From the NCBI GenBank assembly GCA_032718475.1, contig JAUCBJ010001945.1:1-64000 (forward strand): a DNA stretch of 64,000 nt. The letters run 5' to 3'. Below, piece after piece: positions 39,101 to 47,671 of the stretch. The stretch comes from Nemertoderma westbladi. Its lineage: Eukaryota; Animalia; Xenacoelomorpha. Numbering within the stretch: position 1 is the stretch's first letter; the number at the start of each line of letters is the position of its first letter. The translations under genes were made by a program, and so were the position numbers. A model generated the notes under the pieces. That model did not search any database. It had not been told where the DNA came from and saw only the letters and a list, made by a program, of their open reading frames with translations.

Positions 39101-39944
39101 TCCTATCTGCTACCCGAGAGTAGGGGTGGGCGCTATTCCTACCCATGGTTTAGCTCCCAGTAATTATTTAACTGGTCCTCATTTTATTGACCCCAGTGAA
39201 TGAAAGTCTGAGAGAACCCTGGCGGGGCTGAACCTACAGCCAATCTATATCACGGCGCTCCACAAACTGATCTAGCTTAATTCATAATCTTCTACACTCT
39301 ACTAACACCTGTTCAACTACTCGTATTATTGCCTTTTGTTTTTTTCAGGTCGTCCTCAGCTGAATCTGCTCGCGAGATCCCCCTATCGGACACAGCGCGT
39401 GGCTCCCTCAGCCAATCAGTTTACTCCGTCGGTCACATTCCTTCCTGGAATCGGTCCATTCAGCTGAGTAACAGCTGTTCGTCCTTATCTCAACCCCCGT
39501 CATCGATACGCTCGTATGTAAGTATATCAGTTCTAATTGTAATGACGCTGAATTAGTCGTTTATTATAAGATTCGAGTAGTAATGACACTGAATCAGTTA
39601 TTTTGTAAATAAAAGTAATTGCGTAATTATGTGACCTCTAATACTTTATATGACTGCTAATACTTTATGTGACTGCTAATACTTTATGTGACTGCTATAC
39701 TGATAATACTTTATGTGACTGCTAATACTTTATGTGATTGCTAATACGTCCATGGGTTTATTTCTGTCTCCAGGGTGATTTATCCTTCAATCGCAGTGGC
39801 AACCCTCAACTCCCACCGCTGGAATTACCAGGAACAGAAGATGACAGTACCACCTACCGGTCTGTAGGCGAACTCCACACTGCTAGTGTGCGCAGCTACA
39901 ATTCGGTAGAAGGCGTTCGTCTTGGATATCCAAAACGTTTATAA
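15038..39944 (+). CDS. ZDHHC11: DHHC palmitoyltransferase, ZDHHC1/ZDHHC11 subfamily; join(15038-15139,16239-16334,19798-19973,22539-22816,29368-29496,29644-29792,30603-30735,32755-32899,39349-39517,39774-39944), 515 aa
   Basis: All introns are GT-AG with matching phases (0,0,2,1,1,0,1,2,0); total CDS 1548 nt. Motifs [65 protein letters not shown] and TTYE. ZDHHC1 versus ZDHHC11 cannot be resolved by eye. Confidence 0.9.
16239..16334 (+). CDS. ZDHHC11: ZDHHC exon 2 ([32 protein letters not shown]; TM1)
   Basis: Acceptor tattatag|; donor |gtatccttt (U12 type). Confidence 0.9.
17164..18873. mobile_element. Non-autonomous foldback/MITE-type DNA element with ~260-bp terminal inverted repeats
   Basis: 17164-17425 is the reverse complement of ~18610-18873 (ccgccaagctgctgcaaagcccctaaatttag...); mirrored ORFs 17134(-) and 18673(+). 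Confidence 0.85.
19447..19518 (+). tRNA. trnE-UUC: tRNA-Glu, anticodon TTC
   Basis: Acceptor stem TCCGATG/CATCGGA, anticodon arm TCTGG-CTTTCAC-CCAGA, T-loop GGTTCAATTCC, A-box TGGTCTAGTGG, and a TTTTT terminator ~6 nt downstream. Confidence 0.97.
19798..19973 (+). CDS. ZDHHC11: ZDHHC exon 3 (VPGVLLFFHLIVHLDAMATDPA...HVIEDNYCHLCKILV)
   Basis: TM2, DP motif and start of the cysteine-rich domain; donor AGT|gtaggt. Confidence 0.92.
19965..22260. repeat. 34-bp minisatellite (~67 copies) made of the exon 3/intron 3 donor junction
   Basis: Unit gatatcagt|gtaggtggtttcctaaactttaccg; the first copy overlaps the exon end gatattagt. Confidence 0.97.
22539..22816 (+). CDS. ZDHHC11: ZDHHC exon 4 with catalytic DHHC motif and TM3
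   Basis: [37 protein letters not shown]; acceptor tttgcag|, donor G|gtaagt. Confidence 0.96.
22789..22949. repeat. 43-bp tandem repeat (~3.7 copies) of the exon 4 donor junction
   Basis: Unit agtaccacagctataccacccggtaatg|gtaagtccgtaagtt. Confidence 0.95.
22958..29413. repeat. 56-bp minisatellite (~115 copies) of the intron 4/exon 5 acceptor junction
   Basis: Unit cttttatcttcccttag|gttactggctacatctattccaacctgtcagtgacacaa; the last copy runs into exon 5. Confidence 0.98.
29368..29496 (+). CDS. ZDHHC11: ZDHHC exon 5 ([43 protein letters not shown]; TM4)
   Basis: HLxxFHxYL motif of ZDHHC1/11; phase 1 at both ends; donor A|gtaagt. Confidence 0.9.
29644..29792 (+). CDS. ZDHHC11: ZDHHC exon 6 (MYYQMTTYEFF...; TTxE motif)
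   Basis: Acceptor ctttcag|, donor GAG|gtaaga, conserved TTYE. Confidence 0.9.
29783..30370. repeat. Degenerate ~33-bp array (~18 copies) of the exon 6 donor junction
   Basis: Unit gcggt(c/t)cgag|gtaagttagtgcccagctgcatc; many copies have a mutated donor (gagttacg). Confidence 0.9.
30603..30735 (+). CDS. ZDHHC11: ZDHHC exon 7 (low-complexity C-terminal tail)
   Basis: Acceptor ttttatctccacag|, donor G|gtgagt, open in phase. Confidence 0.8.
30841..31335. repeat. 37-bp minisatellite (~13 copies) abutting a LINE fragment
   Basis: Unit gtagttaaactgcacgccgtatgtgtccagccttggc. Confidence 0.95.
31336..32330 (+). mobile_element. 5'-truncated non-LTR retrotransposon RT fragment in ZDHHC intron 7
   Basis: LSPTLFNLY..., ICYADDILV (YADD), KTKWII, TFLGFKF, IPNILYS; stops and frameshifts downstream. 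Confidence 0.85.
32755..32899 (+). CDS. ZDHHC11: ZDHHC exon 8
   Basis: Acceptor tgtttcacag|, phase 1 in and phase 2 out; donor AG|gtttgg is weak but fits the phase of exon 9. Confidence 0.7.
33041..39280 (-). mobile_element. tRNA-derived SINE-like element, split by a 6-kb internal satellite expansion
   Basis: On the minus strand: A-box-like tagatcagtttgtggagcg, B-box-like ggttcagccc, then cagggttctctcagactttcattcactggggtcaataaaatgaggaccag, the satellite unit, and ctatcgaaagaggagccttcgggtcgcc. This resembles invertebrate SINE bodies from recall, not from a search. Confidence 0.6.
33078..39140. repeat. 36-bp G-rich minisatellite (~165 copies) with higher-order block duplication
   Basis: Unit gggtaggggtgggcgctactcctatctgctacccga; near-identical variant blocks recur at a 2553-bp offset (34506/37059, 34775/37328, 34996/37549). 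Confidence 0.98.
39349..39517 (+). CDS. ZDHHC11: ZDHHC exon 9 (Ser-rich)
   Basis: Acceptor ttttttcag|, donor TAT|gtaagt, phase consistent. Confidence 0.78.
39630..39747. repeat. 19-bp tandem repeat (~6 copies) over the likely branch point of intron 9
   Basis: Unit tgtgactgctaatacttta; the last CTAAT lies ~30 nt upstream of the acceptor AG. Confidence 0.85.
39774..39944 (+). CDS. ZDHHC11: ZDHHC terminal coding exon 10
   Basis: Acceptor tttctgtctccag|GGT, open to TAA at 39942-39944. Confidence 0.75.
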   Translation, partial: GDLSFNRSGNPQLPPLELPGTEDDSTTYRSVGELHTASVRSYNSVEGVRLGYPKRL

Positions 39945-40625
39945 TCCCGCAAACGTATGAAGTTACAACAGTTAACGTACCAAACTTTTTTATGTATATT
40001 CAGAACCCTCGCTGTTATCTCCACATCAGAACTTTGTTCATATCCCCTTCGGTCTCAAGTAAATTATCTCACTAATTCCAGAATTTAATTAAATTTCCAT
40101 AACATTAGAAATTAATAACATAAACATATATTGGATCAGATATTTACTGGAATAGGTAGGCCTCCGAAGCGAGCTGACGTTGTGTTATTCATGAATCTGA
40201 TTAGTTTTAATTCAGGTCGATTAAAGTATTATACAGTGTCATATATTATTAGTTCAGTGTTACATAATACGTGGCTTTAGTGCATTAAGTAAGTTGGTAC
40301 TATTTCATCTATATTTCGGGCACTCTTATTATATGAAGTTAATTTGAATGGATAATTAAATGTACTTAAGACATAAACGATTGTGATAATGTTGAAAATG
40401 GTATAAAGTAATTTTCAGCAGGTCAACACGTACCAAACATTAGGCCCACTGTCATGGCGACCTTACTCAAGCCCATGACAACACTAGGGTCTCTAACTGA
40501 GTGAGGTCGCCATGCCTAAACTGTTGTGCATACATAATATGCCTATAATTATTAAGTATACTTCTACCATATTATTCTTCTACTATATTACTATTATGAA
40601 ATATATTTATTATGTTATAAATATA

Positions 40626-42506
40626 GGACAAGTGGAATTTGTGACAACACCTAAAAACGGCGATAACACTCAGTCTCATTAAAAAACTGTGGACCAAGTG
40701 AAACGGTGGACCAAGTGAAACGGTGGACCAAGTGAAACGGTGGACCAAGTGAAACGGTGGACCAAGAGAAACGGTGGACCAAGTGAAACGGTAGTCACAC
40801 AATGTGAATAACAGTTTAGATCGCAGTCCTAAAATAAATTCTGCCAAGTTTCGGCGCCGAGCAAACAAACGTCTTGGGATAACACTCAAAATGTCAAGAC
40901 AACACTCAAATCATATGATTTAGTATTCTGCAATACTGTTCACCACTTATCTTCCTGTAGGCCTACACTGTGTTGTATGTAGTTCTGTTCCTACTGTGTA
41001 AGTGCTGCAGTGTCAGCAGAGTGAATAGTTTGTGAGCTTATCATAGGGCCCTACTGTTACCGCTGTCTGTCTGTTCGTCGGTCTGTCTGCGAATGTTTGA
41101 AGGCTAATAAAAATCTTCGATGGAATTAACTATAGGCAATGGTTGGAAATTAAATAGTGACACCCGTACGGTACACTATTCACTCTTCTGACACGACACT
41201 ACAGCACTACATAACAGAACTTCATACAACACTGTAGGCCTACAGGTTAGCAACTACAGTAGTGATAGTTAGGAGCCCGCTCGACAGCGGGATACTTACT
41301 GTAAAAATCTCAGGTTATATAACACTGACTGACTGACTGACTGATAATTACTAGGTTCAGGCACTTCCTGCCTGGTGATTTTGATGAAATTTTGCAAGTA
41401 CATTGCTTTGGTGGCTCATAATCGCGTTACAAAATTCCAGATCAATTCTATGTGTGGTATTCGATATACTTTGTTTTTTGACATTATTTTGTCGCGAAAT
41501 TAATAGCAATGGTATAATAACAGCTGGTGTTCATGATGAAATATGGCTTAATATGTTATACACAATCATAGTAAAACGTGTTGGTGGCCAAGTTGTTAAG
41601 GGGTGGATCAGGCGAATGAATTTTAGTTACACAAAGCAGTGTGTTGTGTCCTATTGCAGTTGTTACTCACTGTGGATTGCAAAATGTTTTATAGTTGACC
41701 TACACTATAATACAGTAGTTGCATGTATTTAAGGAGCCCGCTCTGGCCTACCGCCTAAGGAGTACCTATATTACATATTCACATAGAATTCACTGGGAAG
41801 AGATATTCCGCTTGACGACGGGGTAATACCTATAGAAGGAAACTAAATTTGTTATTTGGCTCTATTCGTTGTTATTTATCTGGTTGTGCATCATAGGCAT
41901 TTTTTATAAATATTCGGTAATCGTATCTTATATCTTGTAAACGTGCTTGATAATGAAATTATTTGCTTCATATTATATTTTTGTTAGTGGTAGCTAAGTT
42001 GCATTTTTTATTATGTGGGGCGAGCCACAAAGTCAGCTAGCCTCACGCCTTGCAGTTTAGACAATTTTAGTTTACTTACTGCTGACTGACATAGTTCTTT
42101 GTAATAGTCTTGGCTAGGATTTTCCCCCCGGGCTCCTTCCAGCCAGCTTGCTGGCTTTCTAGTATTGCATAATACTGAATTATATGATTTGGGTGTTGCC
42201 CTGACTTTTTTGAGTGTTATCCCCAGACGTTTGGATGTTTACGACTTGCCATCGCTGTGCGGAGCCGAAACCTAGCAAAATTACTTTTAGGATTGCTATC
42301 TACTGGTATTCACAATGTTTGCGAAGTAGAAAAAAGTGGCCCCCCAGAACTATACTCCCCAGCAGTACTCATTTGGCTAGCATTTAAAGGATGCAAGGCA
42401 GAGATGCGCCCTGGCTAGTCCCTTTAAAGTTTGACTGTTGTCTAATAATTTGATTGTGACTGATTATTATCATCGTTTTAGTGTTGTCACAAATTCAACC
42501 TATCCA
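40626..42506. mobile_element. Old foldback-type element with long diverged inverted arms; contains a 17-bp repeat (40690-40791) and a nested Helentron-like insert
   Basis: gaatttgtgacaacac..taaaaacg pairs with cgttttagtgttgtcacaaattc; gggataacactcaaaa..caacactcaaatcatat pairs with atatgatttgggtgttg..ttttgagtgttatcccc. Confidence 0.7.
41269..42163 (+). mobile_element. Non-autonomous Helentron-associated (HINE/DINE-1-like) element
   Basis: Subterminal inverted repeat aggagcccg / cgggctcct, (gact)n microsatellite, 3' hairpin agccagc-tt-gctggct followed by ctagt. Confidence 0.65.
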
Positions 42507-42814
42507 TAAATATACGATGTTTTTCTTACAAATCTCTGTTAAGATGTGTATTTATAGTTGTTTCCATTTATTCGTTTTGTGCAAAATGTTAATATTTTTA
42601 TTATTTTTGTATGATATACTATATTTCGACGTGGACCCTTGTGTATAATGTGCTATAAAGCATTAATGATTTCTTATGACCGTTTAAATAGAGATTACAT
42701 AATAATAATATGTCGTTTTTTTCATTATTATCTATACAACACTTACTATCCCTTATTTTGATTTATTACGTTATGACTCACGTTGAATTGTTCTAACGTA
42801 TTTAGCCGAGCTTT

Positions 42815-42937
42815 AAGGTACAATACACATCGCTGTGGCAACCACCCTCCGTGAACACAGATTAAGATTCAGTGGGCACTGCTGGAGAAGTAAAGACGAG
42901 GTCATACCAGATCTACTTTTCTGGCAACCAACCCATG
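42815..42937 (+). mobile_element. RTE LINE 3' remnant, left part, interrupted by the LTR element
   Basis: Translates RLRFSGHCWRSKDEVIPDLLFWQPTH|G and continues at 57734 as KRSRGRPAI. Confidence 0.85.
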
Positions 42938-44193
42938 TGTAAAAGCTTCTGTGGGATATAACTGGCCCCTTTTGCTTCGCAATCCAGTTTCCCCCCAGGC
43001 GCTGGAATACTCTAAAAAGGTTCTCTAACTGTACATATATTCCCCTCGCCCGCAAGGTACCGTTACAGGTGTTTTAACGGACATAAAAGTCATTCTGCTA
43101 TATACGTGTTTTGGCGGACATGGTAAGGCAAAAATCCTGCAATGCACCAACTACCTTTCACAGCTTAGCCGTGATGATTCATATTACGACATCTAACAGC
43201 TGGTTGCTGACATGGAAACAGCCATTGGACGCATGGTTCTTTGTTTGGCTTGAGCCAATCAGAGCGATTTTTCCTGTCGACGTGTAGCTTTTCGGCCGAT
43301 CATAAGGAGAGTGTTCAGTCTTACTGTTTTCACTTGATACTTTGTTGTTATTGCTGTCTAAGCCAGAAACACCGGCTCTAGAGTTAATTCTTTTCATACT
43401 TTAAGAAGAAACATTAGTAGGCTTAAATTATAGAGCGTATGACTGTTATCAGTCAAATCCATTCACAATTCAATACTTTGTTGTTATTACTGTTCAACAT
43501 ACATTATTATACTGCTATTTACTGTTGTGTTTGGTTGAATATTATTTGGAGAACATATATAAAGAACCCAAATTTCCCAATTTTCTTGATACACTACAGG
43601 TTAGAGAGACGGGTTATATATAGCGATTGCGACTTATATTGTTGTGGTTTGTAGTGAATTTAATGCTATTTGATAAGCACTACATTGGTCCGTTGCTATT
43701 CCCTTTATATATGATAAAATACATTGACGGGCGGCAAATTAGTGAGCAGTATTGTGTGTTACCGGTAGTGTGCATGATTGTGACCGATAACTAAGCATTT
43801 CCTAAAGAATGCGCCTCATACGTGAATCTTAAGCCTTACCGACTTACCGTTGTGATTAGTATAAGTCATATCTCTGTTTACTTAGATAGAGCGCCACGTC
43901 CTAAAAGGAACTGTTAATATTTCCCGAAAGTGAATAATATTAGTCAGAAATTAATTATTAATGATCAATCGAATAATACAATACCGTAAGCTTCACTGCA
44001 ATAATAATCTAAGCCGACAGAATCCAGTCTCCCGGGATTATCCAGCGGGTGAATGGACGCGCACTAGGCTGGCTTCTGCTAATGTTGTGTTTATTGGTAT
44101 TAAATATTGTCATCTTCTAGAGTCGATTTATAAACCAAAAGACATATAAATTTTGGCAGGTTAAACTGCTAAAGGTCTTCAAAAGCGCGTACA
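42938..44193 (+). repeat. 5' LTR (1256 bp)
   Basis: tgtaaaagct...gcgcgtaca; near-identical to 56473-57728. Confidence 0.97.
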
Positions 44194-46459
44194 ATAACAG
44201 TCATTGACTTTATTGCAGTAAGCAATAAAGTTGAAAGTACCGATCGACTGGTAAACCTGAACCGGTACTTCTGTAGGTCAGTAGGCCCAACTGCCAGAAC
44301 CGGTACTGCTGTAGGTCAGTAGGTCCAACTGCCAGAACCGGCACTTCTGTAGGTCCGTAGGCCCAACTGCCCTAACCGGTACTTCCAGTATAAGTACATT
44401 AGTATTATTCGATTTTGATTATAGTATACCGGTAGGTCTTAGTATTTAATCAGGGAACGGCCGCCCTGATTTTTATTTGAGATTCTACTTATTTCTGTCG
44501 GTTTTATTTACTAGTAGGCTAATATTGAGCAGAAGGCGTGTGACCCTGCTCAGATTGTTCAGATAATTGTAGGCTGAGCTGCTGTCTGACTGTTGTTGGG
44601 TTTGGAGAGATTACGGCGTGTGTGGAGTTTGTCTGATAAAGTGCTGTTAGTAAGTTGGGGCAGCCATATGCTGCAAGGTCAATCCCCTCTTAAAGAATAA
44701 GTCGTACTACCGTGTTAGAACGCATACTAACTAACTATTTCAGAATCTGCATATACTGTAGTTTATTTAGGCTTGATCGTAGTCTGCCAGCGTTTTGGCC
44801 TGTGTTTGTTTGTGTGGTCTGTTCAGGTACCGTAATAGTTATTACTCAGATATTTTGTAGGCTGGATTGTTGTCTAGCTATTATTAGGTCTGAAGAGATT
44901 GCTGCGTGTGTAGAGTTTGTCTGATAAAGCTCCGTTAGTAAGTTGGGCAGCCATAGCGGTAAGGTCAATCCCCTCTTAAAGAATAAGTCGTACTACCGTG
45001 TTAGAACGCATACTAACTAACTATTTCAGAATCTACACGTACGGTAGTTTATTTAGGCTTGGTGGTAGTCTGCCAGCGTTTTGGTTTGTATTTGTTTGAG
45101 TATTCTGTACGGGTAGCGTAATATTTATTATTCAGAGTTTATGCGATTATTCGCAACATTCATGTCCCCAAGTTTATTCCTACAGTAATTGTGTTTGTTA
45201 TACATACCGTTATAGTTAAATTAACCCCGGTACTACACGGGCTGCTTGGCGTAGGTAAAGACTGGTGACTTTGTGCTTCGGTCACTCCAGCAGATGCCGT
45301 GGTTCTTTTAACTGTTCAAGTATATCTAACTACTGATTATTTGTTGTACCGGTACTTGTACCTAATTTAGGGTTTAGTGTACAGTGCTTTCCGAAGTAAT
45401 TAGTGTGTAGGCAGTATATTTGTGTTGTAAAGTGGTTAATAGGCACGCTGGATCTGGTAGTCCGCGGTAATTAACTTCTAGGTAGGAACAATCCGTGATA
45501 CATAACGTAGTACCTATAGCGATACGGTTATAGGTCGTCAGGCGGTGGTATTTTCCTATCTGGACAACGCAGTGTATTTACTACTACTTATTATTTTCAA
45601 ATACCGTAGTACCCTGTCCGTTGTAATAACCAGGATTCTAACCCTTTGTTAGGCTGGTTTGTAGACTTCCTGTAAAATTACCCTAAAAATCTCGTACGTA
45701 ATATTTTTGTTGTGTTTAACTAGAGATTTAATCTCACCCGTATCGTAAGTAATTTGTAGTATTAAGTAACTTAGGTAAATTAGAATTATCAGTTTTAGTG
45801 TCAAATAAATAGCACTTCACTGAGAGCGCACAGCTTCTGTGTAGTGACTCCCCCAGAAATAATAACATTTATTTCAAATATTGACAAAACCCTTTTAAAC
45901 GGGTATATAAATATTATAAATCAACTCAAACGATTTATAAATAGTAGGCCTGCCATACAACAACTAGGTCTCAATATCAGTTGGACTGCTGCTTAAATAA
46001 CGGTAATAAAGTATGTTTAAGTAACCAAGTAACCCTAAAATATTCAGAAATTCAATTATTCTAAAATAATTGACATACCGGTATTTACCATAGGCTTATT
46101 ATATTTATTTCTATAAATTTGAGCTGAAATCATACCGGTATTCTGTAATTAATTCTAGTAATAATTATACTTATATATACTATAAGTGTCAGCTGTATAC
46201 CGGTATTCACGATAGGCCTATTATATATTTATATATATTTGTGCTAAAATTATATACCGGTACTCTGTGACAAATCTAGTCTGTAATAATACTTATATAT
46301 ATATATTATAAGCATACCGGTATTCTAATATATTATATATATATCACGCTACACTGAGAAGCAGTATCGGTAATTAATTATTAGGCTAACAGTGATACTG
46401 AATTACTAGACTTGCTTTAACTGTAATATAGCAGTAGGCATTCGACTGTACAATCAAAC

Positions 46460-47671
46460 ATGGCTGACACAAGGCAAACTCTGTCAGATAGTCTCCTAGA
46501 AACAACAGCCTGTTTCTCGGATCAAAGTGTAGAGAATCCCAGACCGAGGTCTGAAACCCCTCATACTGTAAGAAGGGCAACCCCTGCAGTGGTTGTGACA
46601 GAACCTAGGTTGGTAGAAAAGATTTCGCAATTTGCGAAGTTAGTGAAGCGCCGTTGGTCTGCCATAGGCACTCGGGCCCAAGTCAAGCGGGATCAAGAAG
46701 AAGCTATAAAACAGCAGCAACCTCCTAGCCAAGAACCTGGTTCACAGCGGTCCGATAGCTCCAGTAGTTCGGATACTGTTGAGCGGACGCCAGAACGCGG
46801 AGCGAAGATGGCGGATACGGTTTATGATGGGCGGCCAGCCTGTGGGGAATCAACCGACGCCACTTCTTCTCAAGTGGAAAGTGAGGTGGAAAGCGAAGTG
46901 GAAAGTGAGGTGGAAAGCGAAGTGGAAAGCGAGGTGGAAAGCGAAGTGGAAAGCGAATTAACATCAGCAGAGAAGCCGCGAACTAGAGACGCTATCGACA
47001 TTTATTTGTCCGACTATCAGCGATTCCTAGGAGACGAAGAGTTGAGGAGACGGCTGTCTGGACTTTCCCCTAATAGTGAAGGAACCAAGCTTGTGTTGGA
47101 CGCAATCGATGCCGAAATGTTAGCTGCAAACCAAGCTGAATGTGATGAAAAACTCCGCCTCATTAGAGTCCGAGAAGAACAAATAAAGAAAAGAAAGATA
47201 GAGGAACAAAGGGCGGCGGCTATGGCAGAAGCAGAAGTAGAAAGAAAGGCAGCGGCGGCAGATGCAAAGGCAGCGGCGGCAGATGCAAAAGCAGCAAAGG
47301 CAGTGGCAGAAGCAGAACGGAGAGCCGCTGAGCAGACTACCCAACTGGAGTTGGAAAATCTGCAAGAGACACAAGACAGTATAAATAAACAGTTTACTGC
47401 TAATCAAATGCAGATGATGAGAAAATCTACTCCCAAGCGCCAGGGATACACATCCTCGGAGGAAGGCGAGACCACCGATCCTGAAGGCGGAGGAAATAGA
47501 TCTCATCTAAGTAGGCGTAGAAAAACATCTTACCGTCGCAAATTGCCTGATTTGCCCCCAGCTGTTAAAAGACAGCTAACTAGCACAGACTTAGGTAGTG
47601 CAGAACCCATAGAACAATTTATCCAGGTCAAAAGGCTCCCTACAGATGCAGGAGACTGTCCACCAACTTAA
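46460..47671 (+). CDS. LTR element ORF1: N-terminal Gag-like, low-complexity/coiled-coil protein (403 aa)
   Basis: Long ORF with (ESEV)n and Ala/Lys/Glu-rich coiled coil, overlapping the next ORF in the +1 frame. Confidence 0.7.
   Translation: MADTRQTLSDSLLETTACFSDQSVENPRPRSETPHTVRRATPAVVVTEPRLVEKISQFAKLVKRRWSAIGTRAQVKRDQEEAIKQQQPPSQEPGSQRSDSSSSSDTVERTPERGAKMADTVYDGRPACGESTDATSSQVESEVESEVESEVESEVESEVESEVESELTSAEKPRTRDAIDIYLSDYQRFLGDEELRRRLSGLSPNSEGTKLVLDAIDAEMLAANQAECDEKLRLIRVREEQIKKRKIEEQRAAAMAEAEVERKAAAADAKAAAADAKAAKAVAEAERRAAEQTTQLELENLQETQDSINKQFTANQMQMMRKSTPKRQGYTSSEEGETTDPEGGGNRSHLSRRRKTSYRRKLPDLPPAVKRQLTSTDLGSAEPIEQFIQVKRLPTDAGDCPPT

Noticed and set aside
33303-39203. RGG/Tyr-rich and GATPICYPRVGV repeat ORFs
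   Set aside because: Intronic 36-bp satellite open in two frames, with frequent frameshifts and no unique coding flanks.
43179-44149. Short ORFs duplicated at 56714-57684
   Set aside because: They are identical only because they lie in the two LTRs; no protein motifs.
44560-45125. ~290-bp tandem duplication and 40-bp repeats (44260-44390) in the LTR element leader
   Set aside because: Internal repeats are common in LTR element untranslated regions; no separate function is evident.
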